A DNA stretch of 64,000 nucleotides from Flavobacteriales bacterium (lineage in GTDB: Bacteria > Bacteroidota > Bacteroidia > Palsa-965): the NCBI GenBank assembly GCA_040377305.1, contig JBEIPA010000023.1, forward strand, positions 13,584-77,583. Direction: 5' to 3'. Positions 19,350-28,803 of the stretch are shown here, one piece after another. The notes below the pieces were generated by a model that saw only the letters and a program-made list of their open reading frames with translations, made no database searches and was not told the DNA's origin. Made by a program: the position numbers and the translations under genes. Every line of letters starts with the position of its first letter. Within the stretch, counting starts at the first letter, position 1.

Positions 19350-20525
19350 TTATGCGATCACTTTCTGGTAGATGGAATTGAGTTGATCCGCTACTGCACG
19401 ATAACTATATCGCTGCTGTGCCCGTTCACTAATGGATTTTCTTAATCCGGAAATATCTCTCTCGTCGGTAAGACTACGCTTCATAAGCAACATGGCTTTG
19501 CTTAGCTGCTGGGTATCTCCCGGATTAACCATAATGTCTTTCGGGTTCGTCAGCATTTCACGAATCGCGCCGGTGTTGGTTGCAAGAACAGGCATTCCGC
19601 AACATTGTGCTTCGATGATTGTTACCGGCATGCCTTCGAAGTTACTGAACATCAACAATGCGTCGTGATCGTTCATGAGCACTGCAATTTCGGCAGGTGA
19701 TTTCATTCCCACGAACAAAACCTTATCGCCAATGTTCAGCTTGCGTGAAGTTTCTTCGTGCATCTTTCTTTCCGGACCATCTCCAACAATGGTAAGATGA
19801 AAGCTACTGTGCTTGGAGGCCTCCGCGAATGCAGTCAACATACCGGTGATATTTTTCTCACGGTCAACAAGCATAGACACATGAAGAAAACGAAATGGTT
19901 CTGATTTCATCTCACGTGGAGAATGTGCAAATACACCCGTATCGGCAGCATTGGGTAAGTGATGAAACTCCGCCTCAAGTCCGTGCAGATGCATCGCAGC
20001 TTTCATCTTTTCTGAAACCACGGTAACAACTTTCGATTTTTGAATTAAAGCACGTGTGTAATGTTTCAGAAAGAAGCCGGTATAATTTCCATCTTCCGGT
20101 AAATAGCCGGACCAATGTTCTGTAAGCACGATAGGCTTGCCCAATTCTTTCGCCATTGGAAGAACAACTAATGCAGCAGGCCACGCCACGTGAACGTGAA
20201 TGATATCAGGTGGTCCGTGTTGAGCTATGCTGCGTGCAATGACTTCGCGCATGGCTTTACGGTATGCTTTTACTTTGCGAACTTTGCTGAGTACGAGATC
20301 GCCTTCTTTAAGCTTGGGATAATGCGCAATGAACTCTGAAAGATTTCCGTCGTGATGTTCATCTATACAATTGTGCTCGGCGGAAGAGAATGCAGCAACA
20401 ACGCTCACATTATGTAATGCAGCAACGGCATATGCGTGACGTTGTATGAAATTTCCCAAAACGGGTTGATTGCGGTTCGGGTACCAGCTTGCAACGAATA
20501 GGATATGCAGCTTTTTTTCGCTCAT
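19350..20525 (-). CDS. Glycosyltransferase family 4
   Basis: SWYP, IIHVH, LTEHW, KN, IVGDGP and SNFEGMPVTIIEA motifs. Confidence 0.92.
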   Translation of the reverse strand: MSEKKLHILFVASWYPNRNQPVLGNFIQRHAYAVAALHNVSVVAAFSSAEHNCIDEHHDGNLSEFIAHYPKLKEGDLVLSKVRKVKAYRKAMREVIARSIAQHGPPDIIHVHVAWPAALVVLPMAKELGKPIVLTEHWSGYLPEDGNYTGFFLKHYTRALIQKSKVVTVVSEKMKAAMHLHGLEAEFHHLPNAADTGVFAHSPREMKSEPFRFLHVSMLVDREKNITGMLTAFAEASKHSSFHLTIVGDGPERKMHEETSRKLNIGDKVLFVGMKSPAEIAVLMNDHDALLMFSNFEGMPVTIIEAQCCGMPVLATNTGAIREMLTNPKDIMVNPGDTQQLSKAMLLMKRSLTDERDISGLRKSISERAQQRYSYRAVADQLNSIYQKVIA

Positions 20526-21313
20526 GATCGCGCCCGACTAGCATAGATTTCAACCATTGCGTCGAACCCGTTCTCTGATACCGGATTCACAAACGGTCCG
20601 CTGCCTAGATTATTGTTCAAACGGTAACGAAATCCCGATAGTTTCAGCAAGTTCAGAAGTTCTGATAACTGCTGTGGCGTATTCTCTGCACTGTGCCATT
20701 CCACAAAAATATTTTCCACCTTGAACAACTGATCGGCACAATCGGGCAGGACTTCGTTTTCGGCTCCTTCAATGTCCATAATCAGCAGATCTATGCGCTT
20801 TTCTTCTGCAATGAGGGTACGAAGTCGTTTGCATTCAACATCTGTAGGACCAAATCCGATTTTCCCGCCCAGTTTTCCGTCGGGCTGGAACTTTAATCTT
20901 CCGTCAGCAGTGTGCAGCGCTACATTGAAAGCCTCCGCACGCGATTCATTGCGGTCGATATTGCTCTGCAAGACGGCAAACAAATCCGGATCGGGTTCAA
21001 ACGCTTTGATCCGCGCATTCGGATACAACTGTTCGAGATGCAGAACTTCGAGTCCGATATTCGCGCCACAACAATAAATAATCGGTGATTCAGAATTGGA
21101 CTTGAAGTCGAACGATTTGCGTTGAACAATTTCTTCGTACTGATGGAGCAGGGAAGGACCGTCATTGCCTTCAACCACAAAACCATCTAGCCAGATAGTG
21201 ACGTGCTTCCCCTTCTCGTGCCGGCAACCTTTCTGTACCCGTAAATACGCACGATACTCCGGATCTTTTAAGTATCGGTACAGAGGTTTTAGCATTTGAC
21301 GAAGTAGTCCCAC
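20522..21313 (-). CDS. FkbM-family methyltransferase
   Basis: CGANIG, AFEPDP, MDIEGAE and VEWH motifs. GTG start. Confidence 0.88.
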   Translation of the reverse strand: MGLLRQMLKPLYRYLKDPEYRAYLRVQKGCRHEKGKHVTIWLDGFVVEGNDGPSLLHQYEEIVQRKSFDFKSNSESPIIYCCGANIGLEVLHLEQLYPNARIKAFEPDPDLFAVLQSNIDRNESRAEAFNVALHTADGRLKFQPDGKLGGKIGFGPTDVECKRLRTLIAEEKRIDLLIMDIEGAENEVLPDCADQLFKVENIFVEWHSAENTPQQLSELLNLLKLSGFRYRLNNNLGSGPFVNPVSENGFDAMVEIYASRARS

Positions 21314-23443
21314 TTAGTTCAGTTTTTTCGTGCGCAAGAGTAGTGAATTTCCGATTACAATCACGTCGGAAAATGACATCGCAAGTGCAGCAATCATCGG
21401 TGTGAGGAATCCGGCAGCAGCAATTGGAATTGCAACCACATTGTAGAAGAAGGCCCAGAACAAGTTCTGTCGGATGGTGATCATACTTTTCTTCCCGATC
21501 TGAATAGCTGTTTTGACTACGAGCAGATTATTTTCTCCCGGAACAATAACCTGTGCCGAGTTGATTGCAGCTTTCGAAGCATCGGAAAGTGATATGCCCA
21601 CATTCGCTCTTGAAAGTGAAGGCGCATCGTTGATTCCATCGCCGACCATTACGGTTGTTCCCGCAGACGCGTAATCAGAAATTCGTTTGAGTTTTTGCTC
21701 CGGCAATTGTTCCGCGAAAACATTCCTGATTCCGAGCTGTGCCGCCACGCTATCGCATTTCTCCTTACGATCTCCGCTCAGGAGTACCACGTGAATGTCT
21801 TTGGAAAGCAGGTAATCGATTGTTTCTTTCGAACCTGGTTTGATTTCATCCTGCAAATCCACAGAAGCTACAGCAATTCCGTTTTTCACTACGAAGAAAT
21901 CGTGTTTCACAACTTCATTCGGAGCTACGCGCCACGATCCGATTCTCCATTCGTTGTTGCTATCATCAACACCGAAAATACCAATGCCCATTTCTTCCCG
22001 AACCGATTTCATTGGAATCAATTCCTGTTCCTTCATCAGTGCCAGAATGGATCGCGCAATGGGATGTGAAGACTGTTTTTCCAGTGACCACAGCGCACGC
22101 TTTATTTCGGCTTCGTTCGCTTGATTCATGAAGCCGATATTCAGCTTCGTAAACTTGCCGGTGGTGAGTGTTCCTGTTTTATCGAACACGACGGTCTTCA
22201 CGTTGCCGAGTTCCTCCAACGCTTTTCCGCTGCGAATGAGTATTCCCTTTTTAGCGGCACGACCAACGCCAACCATTACTGCCGTTGGAGTTGCAAGTCC
22301 CATTGCGCACGGACACGAAATCACCAATACGGCAATCGCATTCAGGATGGAACTCTTTAAAGTAAAATCAAGTGCGAAATATTCGATGAGGAATGTTCCT
22401 GCTGATATTGCGAGTACAATCGGAACAAACCACGCGCTGATTTTGTCAGCCAGCTTTTGCACCGGAGGCTTTTCGCGTTGTGCAGCTTTCACCATCTCGA
22501 TAATCTGCGCCAGTGTACTTTGCTGCCCGATTCCGGTTACACGAAAGCGAATCGGACCATCAATTAATATTGATCCGCCAATGACACTAGCGCCTTCCGG
22601 TTTACCAACAGGAGTACTTTCTCCACTGATCATGGATTCATTCGCATTGCCAGCGCCGGAAACAACAACTCCATCTGCCGGAAAACTTTCACCAGCATTT
22701 ACCTGAACAATATCACCCAGATGCAATAACTCGGGCGTAATAATTTCTTCCCGTTCCGATTTTCCAATGGTCACAATCCGTCGTGCTTTCTCGGGTAGTA
22801 GCGAAGCCAATTCCCCAATGGCAGAACTTGTTTTTCTTACCGAACGTTGTTCAAGCAAATTCCCCAGGAGTACAAGTGTTGTAATACTGCCAGTTGTTTC
22901 GAAAAACATGAATTCGTGAACAAGCTCAGGCGTGGTGTACAGTAACATTCCAGCAACGCTGTAACCAAACGAAGCAAGAATACCGGTGACAATCAATACA
23001 TCCATATTCGGGACTCCGGATCGTAAAGAATTCCAGGCACTCTTTCCGAAATGCCAGGTTCCCAGAAGGAAAACCGGACTAGCCAATGCAAGCTGGAAAT
23101 AGGGATTGTGAAAAATGTGCGGTAAACCCGGAATAAAATGGGTGAGCATCAATGGCAAAGAAAACGCCAGACTGATATAAAACTTGAACGTGAGCGAAAG
23201 TCCGCCCGACTGTGAATGTCCGTGCTCATCAACTACTTTGTAGCCGAGCGATTCAATATCCTTAATTACATCTTCTTCTTTCCGATGCTGAGCGAGCTGT
23301 AAACTAGCCTCTCCGGTGGTAAAGTCTACGTGTACGTCGTGGTCTCCGCTACGGATCAATTTCCGTGTGATTCCCTGAGCGCAGTTGGCGCAATCCATGC
23401 CTTCCACCTTCAGGTTGATTCGAAGAGAATCTTCTTGGCCCAT
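21314..23443 (-). CDS. Heavy-metal P1B-type ATPase, Cu(I)-type (CopA-like)
   Basis: HMA GMDCANC, SGES, CPC, DKTGT, HP, GDGIND, plus YN and MxxS transmembrane signatures. Confidence 0.92.
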   Translation of the reverse strand: MGQEDSLRINLKVEGMDCANCAQGITRKLIRSGDHDVHVDFTTGEASLQLAQHRKEEDVIKDIESLGYKVVDEHGHSQSGGLSLTFKFYISLAFSLPLMLTHFIPGLPHIFHNPYFQLALASPVFLLGTWHFGKSAWNSLRSGVPNMDVLIVTGILASFGYSVAGMLLYTTPELVHEFMFFETTGSITTLVLLGNLLEQRSVRKTSSAIGELASLLPEKARRIVTIGKSEREEIITPELLHLGDIVQVNAGESFPADGVVVSGAGNANESMISGESTPVGKPEGASVIGGSILIDGPIRFRVTGIGQQSTLAQIIEMVKAAQREKPPVQKLADKISAWFVPIVLAISAGTFLIEYFALDFTLKSSILNAIAVLVISCPCAMGLATPTAVMVGVGRAAKKGILIRSGKALEELGNVKTVVFDKTGTLTTGKFTKLNIGFMNQANEAEIKRALWSLEKQSSHPIARSILALMKEQELIPMKSVREEMGIGIFGVDDSNNEWRIGSWRVAPNEVVKHDFFVVKNGIAVASVDLQDEIKPGSKETIDYLLSKDIHVVLLSGDRKEKCDSVAAQLGIRNVFAEQLPEQKLKRISDYASAGTTVMVGDGINDAPSLSRANVGISLSDASKAAINSAQVIVPGENNLLVVKTAIQIGKKSMITIRQNLFWAFFYNVVAIPIAAAGFLTPMIAALAMSFSDVIVIGNSLLLRTKKLN

Positions 23444-23540
23444 ACAGTGTGATAAAGTTACGGTTTTTGAAGAGGGTGGACTTGCAGAAACACGTTCAAT
23501 CGCTATCTTTGCAGCCGCTTCCTGAACAAGGAAGGCATAC

Positions 23541-23615
23541 GGTGACTGTAGTTCAGCTGGTTAGAGCATCGGTTTGTGGTACCGAGGGTCGCGGGTTCGA
23601 ATCCCGTCAGTCACC
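23541..23615 (+). tRNA. tRNA-His (GTG)
   Basis: Cloverleaf with G-1, acceptor GTGACTG/CAGTCAC, anticodon arm TCGGT-TTGTGGT-ACCGA, TTCGAAT T-loop and discriminator C. CCA is not encoded. Confidence 0.96.
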
Positions 23616-23783
23616 CAACATTTTTGAAGCCTCCCGAAAGGGCGGCTTTTTTGTTTGCAGAGTACCGAACTCCGTTCGAGGACTCGGCAGAATAAAAAAG
23701 ACGAGAGCGCCTTAGCGCGACGGCTTCAAAAATGTTGAGTCGCCCCCTTGTGTGGATCAACGTAGCTAATCCCGTCAGTCACC
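23616..23783. repeat. Structured tRNA-linked element ending in a duplicate of the tRNA 3' end
   Basis: Perfect 16-bp IR 23616-23631/23722-23737. AATCCCGTCAGTCACC at 23768-23783 equals tRNA 23600-23615. Includes a terminator-like hairpin at 23626-23652. Confidence 0.75.
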
Positions 23784-23825
23784 GAAGAAATAGCTATTTT
23801 CAACTCCCCATCCTGCCGGACTTTG

Positions 23826-26789
23826 ATGCGTAGAATATTTTGTTTCCTATTTCTTCTGATTTGTGCTGGCGTTGCTTCCCAAACTCCAACTTCCCTCATT
23901 CCCGGTGGCTTCCGTCGCATGCTGGTAACCGATGGAATTCCCAGTAGTGAGGTTTATGAATCTTATCAGGACAAAGCGGGATACTTGTGGCTCGCAACTG
24001 ATGCTGGTATTTGTCGCTACAACGGGGTTACATTCACAACATACACAACACTGAACGGACTACCCGACAATACCGTGTTTCACATTCGGGAAGATTCAGA
24101 AGGAAAAATCTGGGTGCAGACTTTCACCGGAGAGATTTCATATTTCAAGGATAACCGTTTCTGGGCAATCGACGCGAATCCAAGTCTGATGCAGTTGTAT
24201 GGCAACGGACAAAAAACGCAGTATACTTTTTTTGTGAACGAAAACGACGATATTATCGTTGGCGGACTTTACGTAGGCGGCTGTTATTCCATTTTGAAAA
24301 AGGATAACTACGGTTCATTGAAACAGGTTGAGGCACCGTTTGCACTTCCAGCGGCGCGACAACTCTGGACCGACGATAAAGGAAATTGGTATGCAATAGG
24401 GGAAGGATTGTATGCCAATGATCCTTATGCTGAAGTTCTGCACAACGGACATCATGTAAAAGTTCCTGTGGGCTATTCCATGTCGGTAGGAATTAATATG
24501 CGTGTGCTAAGAAGCAAAGACAATCACCTCTATTTCTCTCACCGGGAAACGGTTTATGAAGTTGACACTGCCGGCAATGTGAAAGAGCATGAATTTCCGG
24601 GACCGATCATTGGAATAGTTCAGGATTTGTCAGGTGATATTTGGGTGACCATGATGCAGGAGGGAACGATTCGCTTCGCGGACGGTAATCTGAGTAATCC
24701 AGGTATAAATTATCTCAAAGGTTACTCCGTGAGTTACGTCTTACAGGATGCTGAACGTGGTTACTGGTTTACTACAGTTGGCAAAGGAGTGTTCTATCGC
24801 GCCGGATTGGAATTCAGTTATTGCACGGTGAGTGAAGGATTGCCGCCTTATGCAATTGGTTCCATGATGCCGCTTGGAAAAGATCGTGTGTTTCTTGGAC
24901 AGGCGTTCTGTACGATTACGTTGATCTCTGCGCGAACAGGTGGAACGTTCGCAGTTAGGTCGGGTGTAATTGGTAAGTATGATGAAATATCCGTTGAAGC
25001 TTTAGGTGTGTTTAACGGAAAGCTCTACAGTAATACAGATCTTACTTATTACAACGACACTTCACTCAGACCTATTGTTGACGGTGCACAACGACATCTG
25101 AAAGGGAGCGCATTACATCCAGGTGGAGATACCTTACTTGGTTTTTCGCATTCGTCCGTGGTGTGGATGGACAAGAATCTTAAGATTATCAAGACTTGTT
25201 TAGCACCCGAACGAATCGTTTCTGCGTGTTACCAGGGCAATGTATTGTGGCTCGGTGGGCTTACAGGATTGTGGAGATGCATTGATACAACCATCGTTTA
25301 TTTCGGAGATCAATACGCAGGACTAGACGCACGTATTGACGACATGGTTACTGATGGAGACGGACGCTTGTGGATTTCAACGCGCGGTGATGGAGTTTTC
25401 GTTCTCGATAACGATACCGTTCATCACTTCGACAAGAATGCGGGACTGAGTTCCAACACCTGCAGAAGCATAGCGCGCGATGAGAAGGATAATATTTGGG
25501 TTGCATCGAACCATGGCATTTCCGTGATTTCCGATTACAATCGTTTTCTTGGCACAGCAAACATCAATCGATTCGACATTACAGACGGACTGCTCTCTGA
25601 TGAGGTCAACTTTATCGAAGTGAAGGAAAGCACAGTGTGGATGGCGGGGCCCGAAGGAATTTGTTGGGTTCCTACAAATAAACTTCTGATCAATTTAACG
25701 CCGCCACCAGTCTACATCAATTCGATTATCATAGCGAACGATACATTGCCTGTTTCAGATTCCATCGTTCTCGATTATGCCGATGAACGTATCCGGATTA
25801 TCTGTGAAGGAGTGAGTTTGCGTAATGCATCGAAGGTGTCCTTCCGATATAAACTTGTTGGAAGTATCGACTACTGGATCACAACAGAAATCCGTGAGAT
25901 AACCTTCAGCAACCTCGCGCCGGGAGATTACACATTTATCCTGTATGCACTGAATGGAAATGGAATTCCCAGTCTGGAACCTGCGGTAATACAGATTCAC
26001 GTTAACACGCCGTTCACACAAACGTGGTGGTTCTATACGTTAATTGTATTAGGCATTCTCATCGTGTTGTTTATCATCGCGCGTTACCGGGCGAATATCA
26101 TCCGTAAAAAAGCGGCTGCGAAAAGTGAAGAAGAACAACGCATGTCCGAGCTGCGTTTATCTGCCTTGCGTGCTCAGATGAATCCTCACTTTATCTTCAA
26201 TGCGATTAATTCTATTCAGCACTACATTCTCAACAAGGACAGTGATAAAGCTTACGGGTATCTCGCGAAGTTTTCGAAACTAATCCGGCTGGTATTGGAT
26301 CAATCGCAATCGAAAACAATTACACTTAAGCAGGAGCTTGAAATTCTCGGACTGTATCTCGAACTGGAGAAACTTCGTTTTGAGAAACCGATAACGGTGT
26401 CAGTAAATGTTCCTGGCGATATCGATCAATCCGGAATTCGTTTACCGGGAATGTTGATTCAGCCTTATGTAGAGAATGCAATCTGGCATGGCTTGTTGCC
26501 GTTACAGGACCGCGACGGGGTTCTGACCATCAACATCACCGAAGAAGGAGAGAATCTTACCATCGCGATTGAAGACAATGGAGTAGGACGGGCTGCTTCC
26601 GATGGATACCAGAAAGATCCGGAACGGCGCTCGTATGGAATGCTTATCACCAGTGAGCGACTGAAGCTTATGGGTCGAACAGACTTCAATGTGAATAGTG
26701 TTGCAATCACCGACTTGCGCGATGAATCTGATAAACCAACAGGCACGCGTGTTGAAATAACCATTGGCTTAGCTAACTTCGAGGACTGA
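23826..26789 (+). CDS. LytS-type sensor histidine kinase with periplasmic beta-propeller and Y_Y_Y domain
   Basis: QDKAGYLWLAT and GL.dn.V repeats, FRYKL...FSNLAPGDY, TM segment, LRAQMNPHFIFN, IQPYVENAIWHG and EDNGVG. Confidence 0.93.
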   Translation: MRRIFCFLFLLICAGVASQTPTSLIPGGFRRMLVTDGIPSSEVYESYQDKAGYLWLATDAGICRYNGVTFTTYTTLNGLPDNTVFHIREDSEGKIWVQTFTGEISYFKDNRFWAIDANPSLMQLYGNGQKTQYTFFVNENDDIIVGGLYVGGCYSILKKDNYGSLKQVEAPFALPAARQLWTDDKGNWYAIGEGLYANDPYAEVLHNGHHVKVPVGYSMSVGINMRVLRSKDNHLYFSHRETVYEVDTAGNVKEHEFPGPIIGIVQDLSGDIWVTMMQEGTIRFADGNLSNPGINYLKGYSVSYVLQDAERGYWFTTVGKGVFYRAGLEFSYCTVSEGLPPYAIGSMMPLGKDRVFLGQAFCTITLISARTGGTFAVRSGVIGKYDEISVEALGVFNGKLYSNTDLTYYNDTSLRPIVDGAQRHLKGSALHPGGDTLLGFSHSSVVWMDKNLKIIKTCLAPERIVSACYQGNVLWLGGLTGLWRCIDTTIVYFGDQYAGLDARIDDMVTDGDGRLWISTRGDGVFVLDNDTVHHFDKNAGLSSNTCRSIARDEKDNIWVASNHGISVISDYNRFLGTANINRFDITDGLLSDEVNFIEVKESTVWMAGPEGICWVPTNKLLINLTPPPVYINSIIIANDTLPVSDSIVLDYADERIRIICEGVSLRNASKVSFRYKLVGSIDYWITTEIREITFSNLAPGDYTFILYALNGNGIPSLEPAVIQIHVNTPFTQTWWFYTLIVLGILIVLFIIARYRANIIRKKAAAKSEEEQRMSELRLSALRAQMNPHFIFNAINSIQHYILNKDSDKAYGYLAKFSKLIRLVLDQSQSKTITLKQELEILGLYLELEKLRFEKPITVSVNVPGDIDQSGIRLPGMLIQPYVENAIWHGLLPLQDRDGVLTINITEEGENLTIAIEDNGVGRAASDGYQKDPERRSYGMLITSERLKLMGRTDFNVNSVAITDLRDESDKPTGTRVEITIGLANFED

Positions 26790-26797
26790 TTAACACT

Positions 26798-27544
26798 ATG
26801 ATTACTGCACTAATTGTTGATGATGAACCGAAGAGTCGCGATGTACTTAAAACGCTGCTCAATCGTTTTTGTCCGGATGTAGATATTCTGGCACAAGCAG
26901 GTTCAATTTCTGAAGCGAAAGAATTGATCAGGCAGTTCAATCCCGAATTACTTTTCCTTGATATTGAAATGCCCGGTGGCAATGGATTGCAACTGCTGGA
27001 GTCAGGTGCAACCGGAAACGCGGAAGTGATCTTCGTAACATCTTACGCACATTATGCAATTCCAGCTTTGCGTTTGAGTGCTGTCGATTATCTTCTCAAA
27101 CCTATTGAAGTCGATGAACTTCGTGCGGCTGTTGAACGCGTTGCAGAACGTAAACGCAGCAAGGCATCAAGCAATATCAATATTCTCAAAGAAAATCTCG
27201 GACAAAGCGCACCCTTGCAGAAGATTGCCATTCCCGGCATGCAGGATGTTCGCTTCGTGAAAGTAAACGAGATCATCCGTATCGAAGGCGATAGCAACTA
27301 TTCATTCATTTATGTGGATGGAGGAGAGAAGATTCACTCCTCACGCACACTGGGTGACTTCGAAGAGTTGCTCACCGGACAGAAGAATTTTTTCCGTGTA
27401 CACAAAACACATCTTGTGAATCTCGATCACGTGGTGAAGCTGATCAAAACCGATGGTGGTTATCTCGAGATGAAAGATGGATCGCAGGTTGAGATTTCCC
27501 GGCGCAGAAAGACAGAGGTATTACAACTTCTTGGCCTTACTTAA
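26798..27544 (+). CDS. LytTR-family response regulator
   Basis: IVDDE, FLDIEMP, DYLLKP, FFRVHKTHLVN and ISRRR motifs. Confidence 0.95.
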   Translation: MITALIVDDEPKSRDVLKTLLNRFCPDVDILAQAGSISEAKELIRQFNPELLFLDIEMPGGNGLQLLESGATGNAEVIFVTSYAHYAIPALRLSAVDYLLKPIEVDELRAAVERVAERKRSKASSNINILKENLGQSAPLQKIAIPGMQDVRFVKVNEIIRIEGDSNYSFIYVDGGEKIHSSRTLGDFEELLTGQKNFFRVHKTHLVNLDHVVKLIKTDGGYLEMKDGSQVEISRRRKTEVLQLLGLT

Positions 27545-27545
27545 A

Positions 27546-27699
27546 CACATAGAATCATAGTCCCGTTGTTTTCTTGTTGGGCGAAAGTATTACATAGCTC
27601 ACAAGAGAATATCTCTTCGAGATATTACTCGTGTGTTCTATGACGGACGAGCTTGCTCGGCACGCTTAGCAACCAATGAATTTCCTATGGTTCTATGTG
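27546..27699. repeat. 154-bp nested inverted-repeat element between convergent genes
   Basis: CACATAGAATCATAG (27546-27560) and CTATGGTTCTATGTG (27685-27699) are 14/15 complementary. Inner hairpin 27593-27642 has the core AATATCTC-TTC-GAGATATT. Confidence 0.7.
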
Positions 27700-27708
27700 G
27701 TGAAGAAA

Positions 27709-28113
27709 TTATACTTGCTTCTTAAGCTGCTCTTCGAGCGCCTGGATCAGCAACTCTTTTCGCGCAACTTCCAAACGCAAACGTTCGATCTCTGCTCTGA
27801 GATTATCATTCTCTACGCGAACCTGCATTTCATCAGGCGCCCAGATGTTCACATTGTAGAATGGTTTTGTGTCATCATCTACAGAATCATCCGGTCCGCG
27901 GAAGAAACTGTACAGCGGAATGCGAAGCTCTTTCGAGATTTGTTCGAGCGTACGAATCTCAATCGTATTCTGTTCGAGAGCGTGATCAAGTTGCTGCTCG
28001 CTTACTCCGAGATAATCTGTAAGCTGTTTGTACGTGAGATTTCGCGCAGCCAAAACGGCAACGATACGCTCTTTAAGATTCGGCACGGTATGCTGAAGAT
28101 CTAACTCGCTCAT
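27709..28113 (-). CDS. XRE/HTH transcriptional regulator with C-terminal coiled coil
   Basis: LTYKQLTDYLGVSEQQL...TLEQISKELRIP HTH and a heptad-rich C-terminus. Confidence 0.8.
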   Translation of the reverse strand: MSELDLQHTVPNLKERIVAVLAARNLTYKQLTDYLGVSEQQLDHALEQNTIEIRTLEQISKELRIPLYSFFRGPDDSVDDDTKPFYNVNIWAPDEMQVRVENDNLRAEIERLRLEVARKELLIQALEEQLKKQV

Positions 28114-28122
28114 TCGGGGAAA

Positions 28123-28731
28123 TTAATAAGGGGTAGGTCCCAGTGGCTTTTTCGGCGCTTCTGGTTTTGGTAATTCACTCTTAAACGTCTTCAGGAAATC
28201 TTCATACGTCATCGTTGCTTCCTTTTCTTCTGCATAGTAATGCAGATAAGGCTCGAATTTGTCAGCCGTCATATAACCCTGCATAATGGTAATATGCGTT
28301 CGTGGCTTGTCGAAGATGGCGTAAGAAGGGTAAGAAAGTTGACCATGAAGAACAGTCACTGCAAAATCGTGTGCACTGCGGGTATTAACGGCACCGCGAT
28401 TGAAGAACTTCTGTCCGTTGAACGTTACCGTATCGCGCGACTCTGCATCAAACTTGACGCAGTAGTAATTCGTGTTCATGTATTTCGCGATGATAGGATT
28501 CGCAAAAGTTTCTGCGTCCATTTTCTTGCACCAACCGCACCAGCTTGTGCTGAAGTCGATGAAGATGCGCTTTGGAATTGAATCGCTTAGCTTCTGTGCT
28601 TCTTCAATGTTGTACCATTTGATGGCTTCCGGCTTTGTTTCAGTTCCACCAGCTTCGGATTTCGATGCTGTGAACACGGTAAAAAAGATTGCAGAAACAA
28701 GTGCTAATCCGAAGTAAATTTTCTTCTTCAT
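28123..28731 (-). CDS. Exported thioredoxin-fold protein (DUF255/DsbD-gamma-like)
   Basis: Signal peptide, FIDFSTSWCGWCKKMD and cis-Pro SYP. Confidence 0.88.
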   Translation of the reverse strand: MKKKIYFGLALVSAIFFTVFTASKSEAGGTETKPEAIKWYNIEEAQKLSDSIPKRIFIDFSTSWCGWCKKMDAETFANPIIAKYMNTNYYCVKFDAESRDTVTFNGQKFFNRGAVNTRSAHDFAVTVLHGQLSYPSYAIFDKPRTHITIMQGYMTADKFEPYLHYYAEEKEATMTYEDFLKTFKSELPKPEAPKKPLGPTPY

Positions 28732-28747
28732 GGTATACGAATTTACG

Positions 28748-28781
28748 AAAAAAACCCTGACGATCTTTCGAGGCCAGGGTT
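28748..28781 (-). terminator. Intrinsic terminator after POT transporter
   Basis: Minus strand AACCCTGG...TCAGGGTT followed by a T-run. Confidence 0.65.
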
Positions 28782-28803
28782 CACATATTTTATGCCAAAA
28801 CTA

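Noticed and set aside
23449-23920. ORFs 23449-23715 and 23726-23920
   Set aside because: They overlap tRNA-His, its downstream element and the kinase start. No protein features.
23600-27700. Prophage or genomic island integrated at tRNA-His
   Set aside because: The only 3' duplicate I saw is 168 bp away. No integrase or phage genes follow.
27676-28104. 142-aa + strand ORF
   Set aside because: Antisense shadow of the XRE regulator.
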